Assembly (NCBI GenBank): GCA_963755995.1
Contig: CAVWLQ010000003.1
Location: forward strand, 981,580-1,045,579
Direction of reading: 5' to 3'
Source: an uncultured Chloroflexia bacterium
Lineage (GTDB): Bacteria > Chloroflexota > Limnocylindria > Limnocylindrales > CSP1-4
Length of the DNA stretch: 64,000 nucleotides
Shown: piece by piece, positions 32,208-42,061 of the stretch
How the letters are laid out: each line of letters opens with the position of its first letter
How positions within the stretch are numbered: position 1 is the first letter of the stretch
Position numbers and translations under genes: made by a program
Notes under the pieces: model-generated
The model's database searches: none
Told to the model about the DNA's origin: nothing
What the model saw: the letters and a program-made list of their open reading frames with translations, nothing else

Positions 32208-32608
32208 CAGCCATCGCTTTCCGTCCGGGGCGCCTGGCGCCACGGCACCTCTGGCTGATCCCGGGGATCGCCCTCGGGCTCTACGCCAATGTCGTCGCCG
32301 GGCAGCATGCGCTCGGTTTGGTGCCGGTATTGATCTTCGGGATCGTCCCGCACCTTTCGGTCTTCGTTGGGACCGGCCAGTCGCACGCCCCGGGCCAGCT
32401 CGCACCCCGCGCCGTCCCGCTCTTCAATGCGATGCACCACCCCGCCATGCCGCTGGCGCTGCTCGTGGTCGCCGCGGTTGGCATCCTCCCGCCGTTCTGG
32501 TTCGTCGGCGCACTCGCGTGGCTCGGGCACATCGTGGCCGACCAGGGCATGGGCAATGGGCTGCGGACGAAGGATGGCTGGCGCCGTCCGCCGTGGCTGG
32601 CGCGATGA
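32204..32608 (+). CDS. small membrane protein, distantly DUF4260-like
   Basis: 134 aa with 4 hydrophobic segments. The pattern ...FGIVPHLSVFVG...LFNAMHHPAMPLALL...LAWLGHIVADQGMGNGLRTKDGW parallels the DUF4260 gene at 19220. Its ATG overlaps the previous stop. Confidence 0.55.
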   Translation: MTAIAFRPGRLAPRHLWLIPGIALGLYANVVAGQHALGLVPVLIFGIVPHLSVFVGTGQSHAPGQLAPRAVPLFNAMHHPAMPLALLVVAAVGILPPFWFVGALAWLGHIVADQGMGNGLRTKDGWRRPPWLAR

Positions 32609-32615
32609 CGCCGCA

Positions 32616-32650
32616 CCTCGGCGAACCTCGCCGAGGTCTCGTGTTCGTTG
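32616..32650 (+). terminator. hairpin plus T-rich tail after the last island gene
   Basis: CCTCGGCGA-ACC-TCGCCGAGG is a perfect 9-bp stem followed by TCTCGTGTTCGTTG. Confidence 0.55.
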
Positions 32651-32670
32651 CTCAGACTGAAGATGACTCG

Positions 32671-32694
32671 TTCTGCCGACAATTCTGCCGACCA
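32671..32694 (+). repeat. tandem 12-mer TTCTGCCGACAA / TTCTGCCGACCA, sub-terminal island repeat (right end)
   Basis: Matches the tandem pair at 3805-3828, in the same orientation, within a roughly 36-bp imperfect repeat. Confidence 0.8.
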
Positions 32695-32865
32695 ACCTCG
32701 GCACGACGTCACCCCTGATCCGGGAGCCCGCGGTAGTGGCCTTCGACGTCGAGACAGACGGGAACCGGAGTGGCTCCGGTCCTGGCGACAGGGTGTACAT
32801 CACGATCCTCCAGAAGCAGTGAACCATCGAATCGCGAACTACGAGAACGGCCTCGTTGCCCATCT

Positions 32866-32885
32866 TGCCGACCATATGCCGACCA
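32866..32885 (+). repeat. two further TGCCGACCA 9-mers, 11 bp apart
   Basis: TGCCGACCA at 32866-32874 and 32877-32885, ending 46 bp from the att-like core. Confidence 0.7.
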
Positions 32886-32916
32886 AACGAAGACCCGCTG
32901 GTCACCCAGCGGGTCT
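32880..32916 (-). terminator. island-borne hairpin terminator immediately downstream of the intact tRNA-Cys
   Basis: AGACCCGCTGG-TCAC-CCAGCGGGTCT is a perfect 11-bp stem. On the minus strand it is followed by TCGTTTGG. It lies 17 nt after the tRNA 3' end. Confidence 0.6.
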
Positions 32917-32930
32917 GTTCGTGTTCGGAA

Positions 32931-32978
32931 AGTGGAGGCGACGACCGGATTCGAACCGGTGAATAGAGGTTTTGCAGA
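32931..32978 (-). repeat. att-like 48-bp core within the intact tRNA-Cys (proximal direct repeat)
   Basis: Identical to 3675..3722. It covers the anticodon loop through CCA plus 2 downstream nt. Confidence 0.9.
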
Positions 32979-33009
32979 CCTCCGTGTTGAGCCACTTCAC
33001 CACGTCGCC
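32933..33009 (-). tRNA. tRNA-Cys (anticodon GCA), CCA encoded
   Basis: Acceptor GGCGACG/CGTCGCC, anticodon arm GAGGT-CTGCAAA-ACCTC, T arm CCGG-TTCGAAT-CCGG, discriminator T, CCA. Confidence 0.93.
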
Positions 33010-33044
33010 AGATGTGCCTGCAGACAGGCGCCGGTCGCAGTTGC

Positions 33045-33118
33045 TGGCTGCCCCTCGAGGATTCGAACCTCGGTTCACGGATCCAAAGTCCGCTGTCCTA
33101 CCGCTAGACGAAGGGGCA
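33045..33118 (-). tRNA. tRNA-Gln (anticodon TTG), CCA encoded
   Basis: Acceptor TGCCCCT/AGGGGCA with U1:A72 and discriminator G, as is typical for Gln. Anticodon arm GCGGA-CTTTGGA-TCCGT. Confidence 0.88.
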
Positions 33119-33139
33119 GCGACCCGAGAACGGAGGAAT

Positions 33140-33215
33140 TGGAGCGGAAGACGGGACTCGAACCCGCGACCCTCACCTTGGCAAGGTGATGCTCTACCAA
33201 CTGAGCCACTTCCGC
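33140..33215 (-). tRNA. tRNA-Gly (anticodon GCC), CCA encoded
   Basis: GCGGAAGTGGCTCAGTTGGTAGAGCATCACCTTGCCAAGGTGAGGGTCGCGGGTTCGAGTCCCGTCTTCCGCTCCA. Confidence 0.93.
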
Positions 33216-33237
33216 CTGAGATCCGCCCACCCGTAGG

Positions 33238-33313
33238 TGGTGCCGAGAGCCAGATTCGAACTGGCGACACCGCGATTTTCAGTCGCGTGCTCTACCAACT
33301 GAGCTATCTCGGC
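33238..33313 (-). tRNA. tRNA-Phe (anticodon GAA), CCA encoded
   Basis: GCCGAGATAGCTCAGTTGGTAGAGCACGCGACTGAAAATCGCGGTGTCGCCAGTTCGAATCTGGCTCTCGGCACCA. Confidence 0.93.
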
Positions 33314-33405
33314 CCGATGGTCAACCAGCCGTCGGCTGCCCGTCGGCGGGTCGAACGATACCACGGGCCTCGTGAGAGCGGCAATTTCGCACCGTCCCGA
33401 CTCCC

Positions 33406-34386
33406 CTAGTCGAGGCCGGTCAGCGCGGCTGCGTCGGACCCTTCGAGCGGCGCCTCGCCGGTCAGCTCCCGGAGCCGGTTGATCCGGTCGAGGATCGGCG
33501 GGTGGGTGTCCATCAGCCCGGAGGACCGTGCCTCGAACTTCTTGATCGGATTGGTGAAGTACATGTGCTGCGTGCCGCGGTTGGCGACTTCCAGCACCTC
33601 CTGGTCGCCGCCGATCTTGGCCAGCGCCCGTTCAAGCCCATAGGGGTTTCGGGTCAGCTCGACCGACGAGGCATCGGCCAGGTACTCGCGCTGGCGGCTG
33701 ACGGCCAGCTGGATGAACCGGCTGATGATGGGCGCGAGGATCGCCAGGACGATCGCGACGACGAGGATCACGGCCTGGATCCCGTTGCCGCCGCTGTCGC
33801 GGCTCGACCGCCGGCTGGACATGCCGCCCCAGAACGTGAAGCGCAGGAAGAAGTCGGCCAGGATCGCGATCGCGCCGACCATCACCCCGACGATGAGCGA
33901 GAACCGGATGTCGAAGTTGCGCACGTGCGAGAGCTCGTGGCCGATGACCCCCTGGAGCTCCTCTCGATCGAGCTTCTGGAGGAGGCCGGTCGTGATCGCG
34001 ATCGACGCGTGCGCCGGATCACGGCCCGTGGCGAAGGCGTTCGGCGCGGTGTCGTCGATGATGTAGACGGCGGGCATCGGCACGTTGGCCGCCACGGCCA
34101 GCTCGCGGACGACGTTGAGGAGCTGGGGCGCAGCGGCCTCGTCGACCGGCTGCGCGCCGCTCACGGTCAGGACGAGCTTGTCACCGCTGAAGTAGCTGGC
34201 CACGCCGGTGATCGAGCCGATGCCCAGGGCCAGCGCCATCGCACCGACGCCACCGGCCGGTGTCCCGACGATGGCGTAGCCGATCGTGAAGCCGAGCACG
34301 GCGAACAGCGCGACGACGAACGCCGCGAGGACGAACGAGTTCCGCTTGTTCGCCGAGATCTGCCCGTAGAACGATCCAGTGGCCAC
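33406..34386 (-). CDS. htpX: M48-family zinc metalloprotease HtpX
   Basis: 326 aa. It has N-terminal TM helices and the HEXXH motif (VIGHELSHVRNFD). It lies next to lemA, a common pairing. Confidence 0.9.
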   Translation of the reverse strand: MATGSFYGQISANKRNSFVLAAFVVALFAVLGFTIGYAIVGTPAGGVGAMALALGIGSITGVASYFSGDKLVLTVSGAQPVDEAAAPQLLNVVRELAVAANVPMPAVYIIDDTAPNAFATGRDPAHASIAITTGLLQKLDREELQGVIGHELSHVRNFDIRFSLIVGVMVGAIAILADFFLRFTFWGGMSSRRSSRDSGGNGIQAVILVVAIVLAILAPIISRFIQLAVSRQREYLADASSVELTRNPYGLERALAKIGGDQEVLEVANRGTQHMYFTNPIKKFEARSSGLMDTHPPILDRINRLRELTGEAPLEGSDAAALTGLD

Positions 34387-34408
34387 GGCCAGGTCCCGCG
34401 GCTGCCCG

Positions 34409-34979
34409 TCAGCTCAGGCTGAGGTCGACGTTCGGGACGTTGGCAGCCTCGGGCTCAGCGTCGAAGAAGTCGCGCTTGATGAACCCGAGGATGCCCGCGA
34501 TGAGCACGGCCGGGAACGTCTGGATGTTGGTGTTGTAGTCGAGGACCGTCGCGTTGTAGTGCTGGCGCGAGAACGAGATCTGGTTCTCGGTCGTGGTCAG
34601 CTGCTCCTGGAGGGCCAGCACGTTCTCGTTGGCCTTCAGCTCGGGATAGTTCTCGACGACCGCGAAGAGCGACCGCAGGGTGCCGGTCAGGGCGTTCTCC
34701 GCGGCGGCCTGCTGGGCGGGGCCCTGCGACGCCGGCGGCGACCGCGGCGGCCCGGGCATTGGTCACGTCGGTCAGGACCTTCTGCTCGAACCCCATGTAG
34801 CCCTTCACGGCGTTGACCAGGTTCGGGATGAGGTCGTGGCGGCGCTTCAGCTGGACTTCGATCTGGGCGAACGCCTCGTCGATCCGCAACCGCTTCTGGA
34901 CCAGGCCGTTGTAGATCCCGATGAGGACGATGACCAGGACGATGGCGATCACGATGACGATGATCAGGATCGGACTCAT
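34409..34979 (-). CDS. lemA: LemA family membrane protein, +1 frameshift near 34718-34721
   Basis: The N-terminus (MSPILIIVIV...YNGLVQKRLRIDEAFAQIEVQLKRRHDLIPNLVNAVKGYMGFEQKVLTDVTNARAAA) is in ORF 34455..34979. The rest (...ENALTGTLRSLFAVVENYPELKANENVLALQEQL...) is in ORF 34409..34759. The extra base lies in a GGGG run. Length is 571 nt, which is 1 mod 3. Confidence 0.85.
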
Positions 34980-35067
34980 GCAGCTCCTCCATCCGGGCGC
35001 CTGGGCGCAGGCCCGTCTGCATCGAGTCTACCAGTGCCACGTGCGCACGCCAGCCGTCGTGTCTGGG

Positions 35068-35144
35068 TGGTGGGCGGTACAGGGTTCGAACCTGTGACTT
35101 CCTCGGTGTAAGCGAGGCGCTCTGACCAGCTGAGCTAACCGCCC
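35068..35144 (-). tRNA. tRNA-Val (anticodon TAC), CCA encoded
   Basis: GGGCGGTTAGCTCAGCTGGTCAGAGCGCCTCGCTTACACCGAGGAAGTCACAGGTTCGAACCCTGTACCGCCCACCA. Confidence 0.93.
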
Positions 35145-35195
35145 GGGAAAGCATAACGACCGCCGCGCCGGCGACGGTCGTCAGGGATGATGTCG

Positions 35196-35280
35196 TGGTG
35201 CCCAGGCCGGGACTTGAACCCGGATGAGTTGCCTCATACGCCCCTCAAACGTACGCGTATACCAATTCCGCCACCTGGGC
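35196..35280 (-). tRNA. tRNA-Leu (anticodon GAG), long variable arm, CCA encoded
   Basis: Acceptor GCCCAGG/CCTGGGC, anticodon arm TACGT-TTGAGGG-GCGTA, variable arm TGAGGCAACTCAT, T arm CCGGG-TTCAAGT-CCCGG. Confidence 0.88.
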
Positions 35281-35319
35281 TAGAGGTGCCTGCCACGATC
35301 GACGATCCACAACGAGGGG

Positions 35320-35406
35320 TGGTACCGAGGAAGGGATTTGAACCCATACGCCCTTGCGGACACTAGCTCCTGAAGCTAGCGCGTCTACCAGTTCCGCCAC
35401 CTCGGC
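35320..35406 (-). tRNA. tRNA-Leu (anticodon CAG), long variable arm, CCA encoded
   Basis: GCCGAGGTGGCGGAACTGGTAGACGCGCTAGCTTCAGGAGCTAGTGTCCGCAAGGGCGTATGGGTTCAAATCCCTTCCTCGGTACCA. Anticodon loop is TTCAGGA. There is a G1:U72 wobble. Confidence 0.88.
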
Positions 35407-35426
35407 GTGGACCGTGCGCGACCGGC

Positions 35427-37163
35427 TTACCGGCCCGCAGCGAGGCGCCATGTTAGCACATCCCAAAATCGATCAGCCGGGTCGGCGACCTGCCGGACGA
35501 CCGGTCCGGTGAGGCTCGTCCGGACCACGATCGACTCGTCCGCGAAGGCCAGCGGGAGCACGTAGCGACCCTTCGCCAGCTGCTTTTGGAGGGCCGAATA
35601 GGCCGTGGCACGGGCCGCCATCGTGCCCGGTCCGCGCGCGGCCACCAGCAGCTTGTCGAGGGCGGGATCCTGCAGGCCGATGACGTTCGAGCCACCCCTG
35701 ACCGTCTGGCTCGACGCCAGCAACGGGTAGAGATCGGGGTCCAGTCCGATGGTGACGTCCCCGACCGCGGCCTGGAACTTGCCCTTGGCCAGACGGCCCG
35801 TGACCAGGTCGCCCGGGGCGAGCGGCACGTGGGTCACCCCGATGCCGAGCGCCGTCCAGTCGTGCGCCACCATGCGGGCGGCTTCGAACGCAGCCGCGTT
35901 GGACGTCTTGTCCGGGCTGACCAGCTCGATCGTCAGGGGTGCCTTGGCCCTGGGAAGGTGCCAGCCGTCGGCGGCCTTCGTCCAGCCGGCCTTGCTGAAG
36001 GCGGCGGTCGCGGCGGTCGGGTCGTAGGCGACCGGCAGGTCCGCCAGCGGGTCGAACAGCGACGACGATGGCGGGATGGGACCGCTGGCCGAAGTCGCCG
36101 CCGCGGCGTAGTCCTTCGAGATGATGGCGTTCCGATCGATCGCCTCGAGCAGGGCGGTCCGGACCGCCGGATCGGCGAACTCCGGATGACCCGGTCGCAG
36201 GTTGAGGAGCACGGCGGTCAGCGTCGAGCCCGGATAGTCGAGGGCGTGGCTGCCGTCCAGCGTGGCCAGGTCCCGGGTCTCCTCCGGTGACAGCCCGGAG
36301 GCGCCGTCCACCTCGCCGGCGCGGTAGGCGTCGGCGAGAGACTTCTGGTCGTCGAAGAACTGGAAGTCGATCCCGGTCAGGTATGGCAGGGGCCGGGTCG
36401 GACGGTCCGGCCGGGCGGGCGTCGCCAGTGAATCGGTCGCGGCGGGCGACACCCCGACCGTGGGGCTTGCGGCCGGCTGGGCCATGACCGCTGGGACGAG
36501 CTCGGCGCTGTCGTTGTCCAGGGCCGTCACGGCGAACGGTCCCGAGCCGATGGGCTCGCGGCCCGAGGGATGGTCGACCAGCTGGTCGACGGGGATCCCC
36601 GCCAGCACGTGCGCCGGTGCGATCGGCTGGGTCGCGGCCTGGAGGAACCCGCCGAGCGGCGTCGCCAGGGTGAAGACGACGGTGCGCATCCCGACCGGCT
36701 GGACGGTGACCTCGTTCCACGAACCGGCTCCCGGTCCGCTGTACTTGGGATCCTGGAGGACGCGGATGGTGAAGGCGACATCCTCCGCGGTCACCGGCTG
36801 GCCGTCGTGCCACGTAGCGTCCTCGCGGAGCTGGAACGTCCAGGTCGCGCCGGTCGGGTCGACCGACCAGCGCTCGGCCAGGTCGGGCACGATCGTCCCT
36901 TTGGGGCCGTTCCTGACCAGCCCCGAGTAGACCAGGGCGACCAGGTCGCGATCAGCCTGGGTGCGCGCCGACAACGGGCTGACCGACACGGGATGGCCGA
37001 GCACGCCCTCCCGGTACGGCCGGCTGGCGGGCATCGTGACGGGCGGCGATGGGGTGCCCGTCGACGCGCTCGTCGGCAGCAGCGACGGGACTCCGACGAG
37101 GCCCGCGATGAGCGCGAGCAGCACGACCAGGGTCCCGACCACGAGAGAGTCGGTACGGGTCAT
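35427..37163 (-). CDS. ABC transporter substrate-binding protein, family 5 (peptide/nickel type), membrane-anchored
   Basis: Start chosen at ATG 37163 (MTRTDSLVVGTLVVLLALIAGL...). SBP_bac_5-type motifs are present (LVYSGLVRNGPKGTIVPDLAERWSVDPTGATWTFQLREDATWHDGQPVTAEDV). The upstream 62 codons of the ORF overlap secG and are rejected. Confidence 0.8.
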   Translation of the reverse strand: MTRTDSLVVGTLVVLLALIAGLVGVPSLLPTSASTGTPSPPVTMPASRPYREGVLGHPVSVSPLSARTQADRDLVALVYSGLVRNGPKGTIVPDLAERWSVDPTGATWTFQLREDATWHDGQPVTAEDVAFTIRVLQDPKYSGPGAGSWNEVTVQPVGMRTVVFTLATPLGGFLQAATQPIAPAHVLAGIPVDQLVDHPSGREPIGSGPFAVTALDNDSAELVPAVMAQPAASPTVGVSPAATDSLATPARPDRPTRPLPYLTGIDFQFFDDQKSLADAYRAGEVDGASGLSPEETRDLATLDGSHALDYPGSTLTAVLLNLRPGHPEFADPAVRTALLEAIDRNAIISKDYAAAATSASGPIPPSSSLFDPLADLPVAYDPTAATAAFSKAGWTKAADGWHLPRAKAPLTIELVSPDKTSNAAAFEAARMVAHDWTALGIGVTHVPLAPGDLVTGRLAKGKFQAAVGDVTIGLDPDLYPLLASSQTVRGGSNVIGLQDPALDKLLVAARGPGTMAARATAYSALQKQLAKGRYVLPLAFADESIVVRTSLTGPVVRQVADPADRFWDVLTWRLAAGR

Positions 37164-37212
37164 CGAACTCCGATTGAACGCCGGGTCGCGGTGGGCCGCC
37201 GCGATCCCCGGG

Positions 37213-37449
37213 TCAGGTGCCGGTGGAGGCTGGGGCGAGGACGAACGCCGCCAGGGCGAAGACGACGAAGAGGACCAGCAGGAGGATGGTGAACTGCCAG
37301 AGTCGACGCTCCACCCCCCGGCGGCTGCGGTAGACGGCGGAATCGCCACCGAATGTCCCGGACAGGCCGACGCCGCGTGCTTGCAACAGGATCGCGATGA
37401 TGAGCGCGATGCTCACCAGGATCTGGCCGATGGCCAGGAGGGGATCCAC
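37213..37449 (-). CDS. secG: preprotein translocase subunit SecG
   Basis: 78 aa with two TM helices. The motif LLQARGVGLSGTFGG is typical of SecG. It sits downstream of the tpiA/gpmI genes. Confidence 0.85.
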   Translation of the reverse strand: MDPLLAIGQILVSIALIIAILLQARGVGLSGTFGGDSAVYRSRRGVERRLWQFTILLLVLFVVFALAAFVLAPASTGT

Positions 37450-37488
37450 GAATCTAGGCTCCTCTGAACGCTTCGACGGCGGATGCTA

Positions 37489-39858
<2,370 letters not shown>

Positions 39859-39862
<4 letters not shown>

Positions 39863-40653
39863 GCCAGAGCGGGCCGGGCCGGAACGACGGGCTCGGCATC
39901 GATGGTCGCGAGCCGCTCGAGCCGCTCGAGGGCGCGCTGGACGGCGGACCGGTGGATCTCGAGCCGTTCGGCCAGCTCGGCGAGGCTCGCCTCGGGTGTC
40001 GCGCGGCGCGCCTCGGCGACGCGGCGGACCACGTCGGGCTGGGCGGGCAGCCGGCCGTCGGCGTCGAGCGTCGCGATGGCGTCGAGCTGGCGGCCGGCGG
40101 CGCTGACCGCCCGCTGGAGGTTGGCCAATTCGGCGTTGAGGACCCGGTTGAGCTCACCGCGGAGCGCCCGGGAGACCTGCCGGGCCTCGACCTCGAGGAG
40201 GGCCCCGGTCGCGCCGATCCGGCGCAGGAACGTCCCGACCGCCTCGCCGTTCTTGGACGTCACGACGCCCCGGCCGCGACGCAGCCGCCACGACACCGGC
40301 AGCCCGAACTCGGCCAGGCGCACGGCGAGCTCGGGTGCCTCGTCGGGTTCCACGACGAACTCCAGGTGCGTCCGCCCGCCGGCGAGGCTGAGCGACCCGC
40401 GGGCGAGGAAGCGGCCCCGCAGCCAGGCGCCGCGGCAGTGTTCCGCGGACGTCCGCCAGGTGAACTCGGTGGTGGGCCGGCCTTCGCCCAGGCGACGCAG
40501 CCGGTGGACGAGCCGCCCGACGGACGCCTCGCGACCGCTCGGGGTCGGACCGAGGCCGTCCACCTCGGCGATGCGGTCGCACGGACGCGACGGGTCGATG
40601 GCCGCCAGCTCGTCGCGGAGCGCGGTCACGAGGTCGCGTTCGGAGCGGCCCAC
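39859..40653 (-). CDS. whiA: DNA-binding protein WhiA (short form, 264 aa)
   Basis: Conserved position after yvcK. It has a LAGLIDADG-like core (AWLRGRFLARGSLSL...HLEFVV) and a C-terminal HTH (SLAELAERLEIHRSAVQRALERLERLA). Confidence 0.8.
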
Positions 40654-40654
40654 G

Positions 40655-42061
40655 TCAGGCGGACCGCGCAGAGGACCGGCCGGGGCTCCGTCGCCGGATC
40701 CCGGCCTCGCGCTCGAGGGCTTTCATGACCGCCGCGGCGAGCCGGACCGGATCGTGGTGGTGGGCGTTCGCCGGGTCGATCACGTCATCGAGGATCAGCC
40801 GTGGCGCGGGCATGAGGGCTGGCGGCCAGCGCAGGCCCACGGCGGTCGGTCGTGGGAGCGGCCGGTCGGTGTTCGACGGATCGCCGGACCCCACCGTCAC
40901 GCCACCGTCGGTGCGGGGCAGGAGTCGGTTGTTGGCCAGGACGAGGTCGATCAGCTCCGGGCTGGTGTGGGCGACGAGCGCCTCGACGTGCGCGGCGAGG
41001 TCGAAGCCGGTCGTCTCGCCCGGCTGGGTGGCGACGTTGCAGACGTAGAGGCGTGGTGCGCTCGCCTGCAGGAGGGCCTCGCGGAGAGCCGGGACCAGGA
41101 GGCTGGGCAGCAGGCTCGTGTACAGGCTGCCCGGGCCGACCACGATCAGGTCCGCCTCCGAGATCGCGGCCAGGGCATCCTCGGACGCCTCCACGTCGCC
41201 CGGGCTGATCCAGACCCGCTCGATCCCGACCGACCGCATGATCTTCGACTGGCCGTCGACGACCGAGCCGTCGAGCAGGGACGCGTGGAGCGTCAGCGGC
41301 GTCGACGACACCGGCACGACCTGCCCACGCACGGCCAGGATGCGGTTCATCAGCCGGATGCCGTCCTCGAAGTCGCCGCCCTCGACCGCCGTCATGGCGG
41401 CGATCAGCAGGTTGCCCAGGGCATGGCCACCGAGGCCGCCCGCGTCGACCGCGGCGACGACGTTGGCGTCACCGTCGGTCCGCGTGTCGGGGAATCGGTA
41501 CTGGAGGACCTCGCTCATCAACGGCTCGGCATCGGCCAGGGCGACGATGCAGTTGCGGATGTCGCCGACCGCCGGGATCCCCAGCTGCTCCCGCAGCACG
41601 CCGGACGATCCGCCGTCGTCGGCCACGGTGACGATCGCGGTCAGGTTGCTGGTGTGCTCCTTCAACCCGCGCAGCAGCGTCGACAGGCCGGTCCCACCGC
41701 CGATCGCGACGATGCGCGGCCCGCGCGCCAGGAAGCGCTTCTGGTAGATCAGCTCGACCAGCGGCTGGTCCGGGTCCGGGGACCGGAGCGGGTCGGTCAG
41801 GACGTGGAGCGCCTTGTACGCCCCGAACACGACCAGGACGATCCCGACCGACGCCGCGACGAAGCCCCGGAGCGCGAAGGGCAGGAACTGCAACGTGAGC
41901 AGGTCGAGGAGCCACTCGGCCGCGCCGGCCGGGGCCAGGTCCCGGGTGATCTGGCGGAGGAAATGGGCGAACGCGACGGCGAGCAGGAGGAGGCCGGCGA
42001 ACACCACCAGCAACCAGCGCTTGATCCCGATGCCGGGGGTCAGCCAGCGCCGGAGGTTCAT
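40655..42061 (-). CDS. yvcK: YvcK/CofD-like gluconeogenesis/morphology factor (UPF0052) with N-terminal transmembrane extension
   Basis: The core IVAIGGGTGLSTLLRGLKEHTSNLTAIVTVADDGGSSGVLREQLGIPAVGDIRNC... is preceded by about 115 aa with 2-3 hydrophobic helices. 468 aa. Confidence 0.85.
   Translation of the reverse strand: MNLRRWLTPGIGIKRWLLVVFAGLLLLAVAFAHFLRQITRDLAPAGAAEWLLDLLTLQFLPFALRGFVAASVGIVLVVFGAYKALHVLTDPLRSPDPDQPLVELIYQKRFLARGPRIVAIGGGTGLSTLLRGLKEHTSNLTAIVTVADDGGSSGVLREQLGIPAVGDIRNCIVALADAEPLMSEVLQYRFPDTRTDGDANVVAAVDAGGLGGHALGNLLIAAMTAVEGGDFEDGIRLMNRILAVRGQVVPVSSTPLTLHASLLDGSVVDGQSKIMRSVGIERVWISPGDVEASEDALAAISEADLIVVGPGSLYTSLLPSLLVPALREALLQASAPRLYVCNVATQPGETTGFDLAAHVEALVAHTSPELIDLVLANNRLLPRTDGGVTVGSGDPSNTDRPLPRPTAVGLRWPPALMPAPRLILDDVIDPANAHHHDPVRLAAAVMKALEREAGIRRRSPGRSSARSA

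Larger units (their letters stand above)
3675..32978. mobile_element. putative tRNA-Cys-integrated genomic island (29.3 kb) lacking any recognisable recombinase; probably an immobilised remnant
   Basis: Bounded by a perfect 48-bp direct repeat of the tRNA-Cys 3' half. Its content is accessory (regulators, redox enzymes, sugar ABC importer). It carries its own replacement tRNA terminator at the proximal end. No integrase, excisionase or transfer ORF was recognised in six frames. Confidence 0.6.

Noticed and set aside
3850-32608. Antiphage defence island interpretation (multiple STAND NTPases)
   Set aside because: All five STAND proteins end in a LuxR-type HTH rather than a nuclease, protease, TIR or pore effector. 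Neighbouring genes are redox and membrane proteins. No restriction, Cas, toxin or abortive-infection hallmark is visible.
32609-32930. Possible integrase or excisionase remnant in the 320-bp non-coding stretch next to the intact tRNA-Cys (and in 3723-3849)
   Set aside because: I translated all six frames by eye. There is no R..H..R..Y-type tyrosine-recombinase C-terminal motif, no MerR/Xis-like HTH, and only short repeats and hairpins. I cannot exclude a highly degraded remnant without an HMM search.
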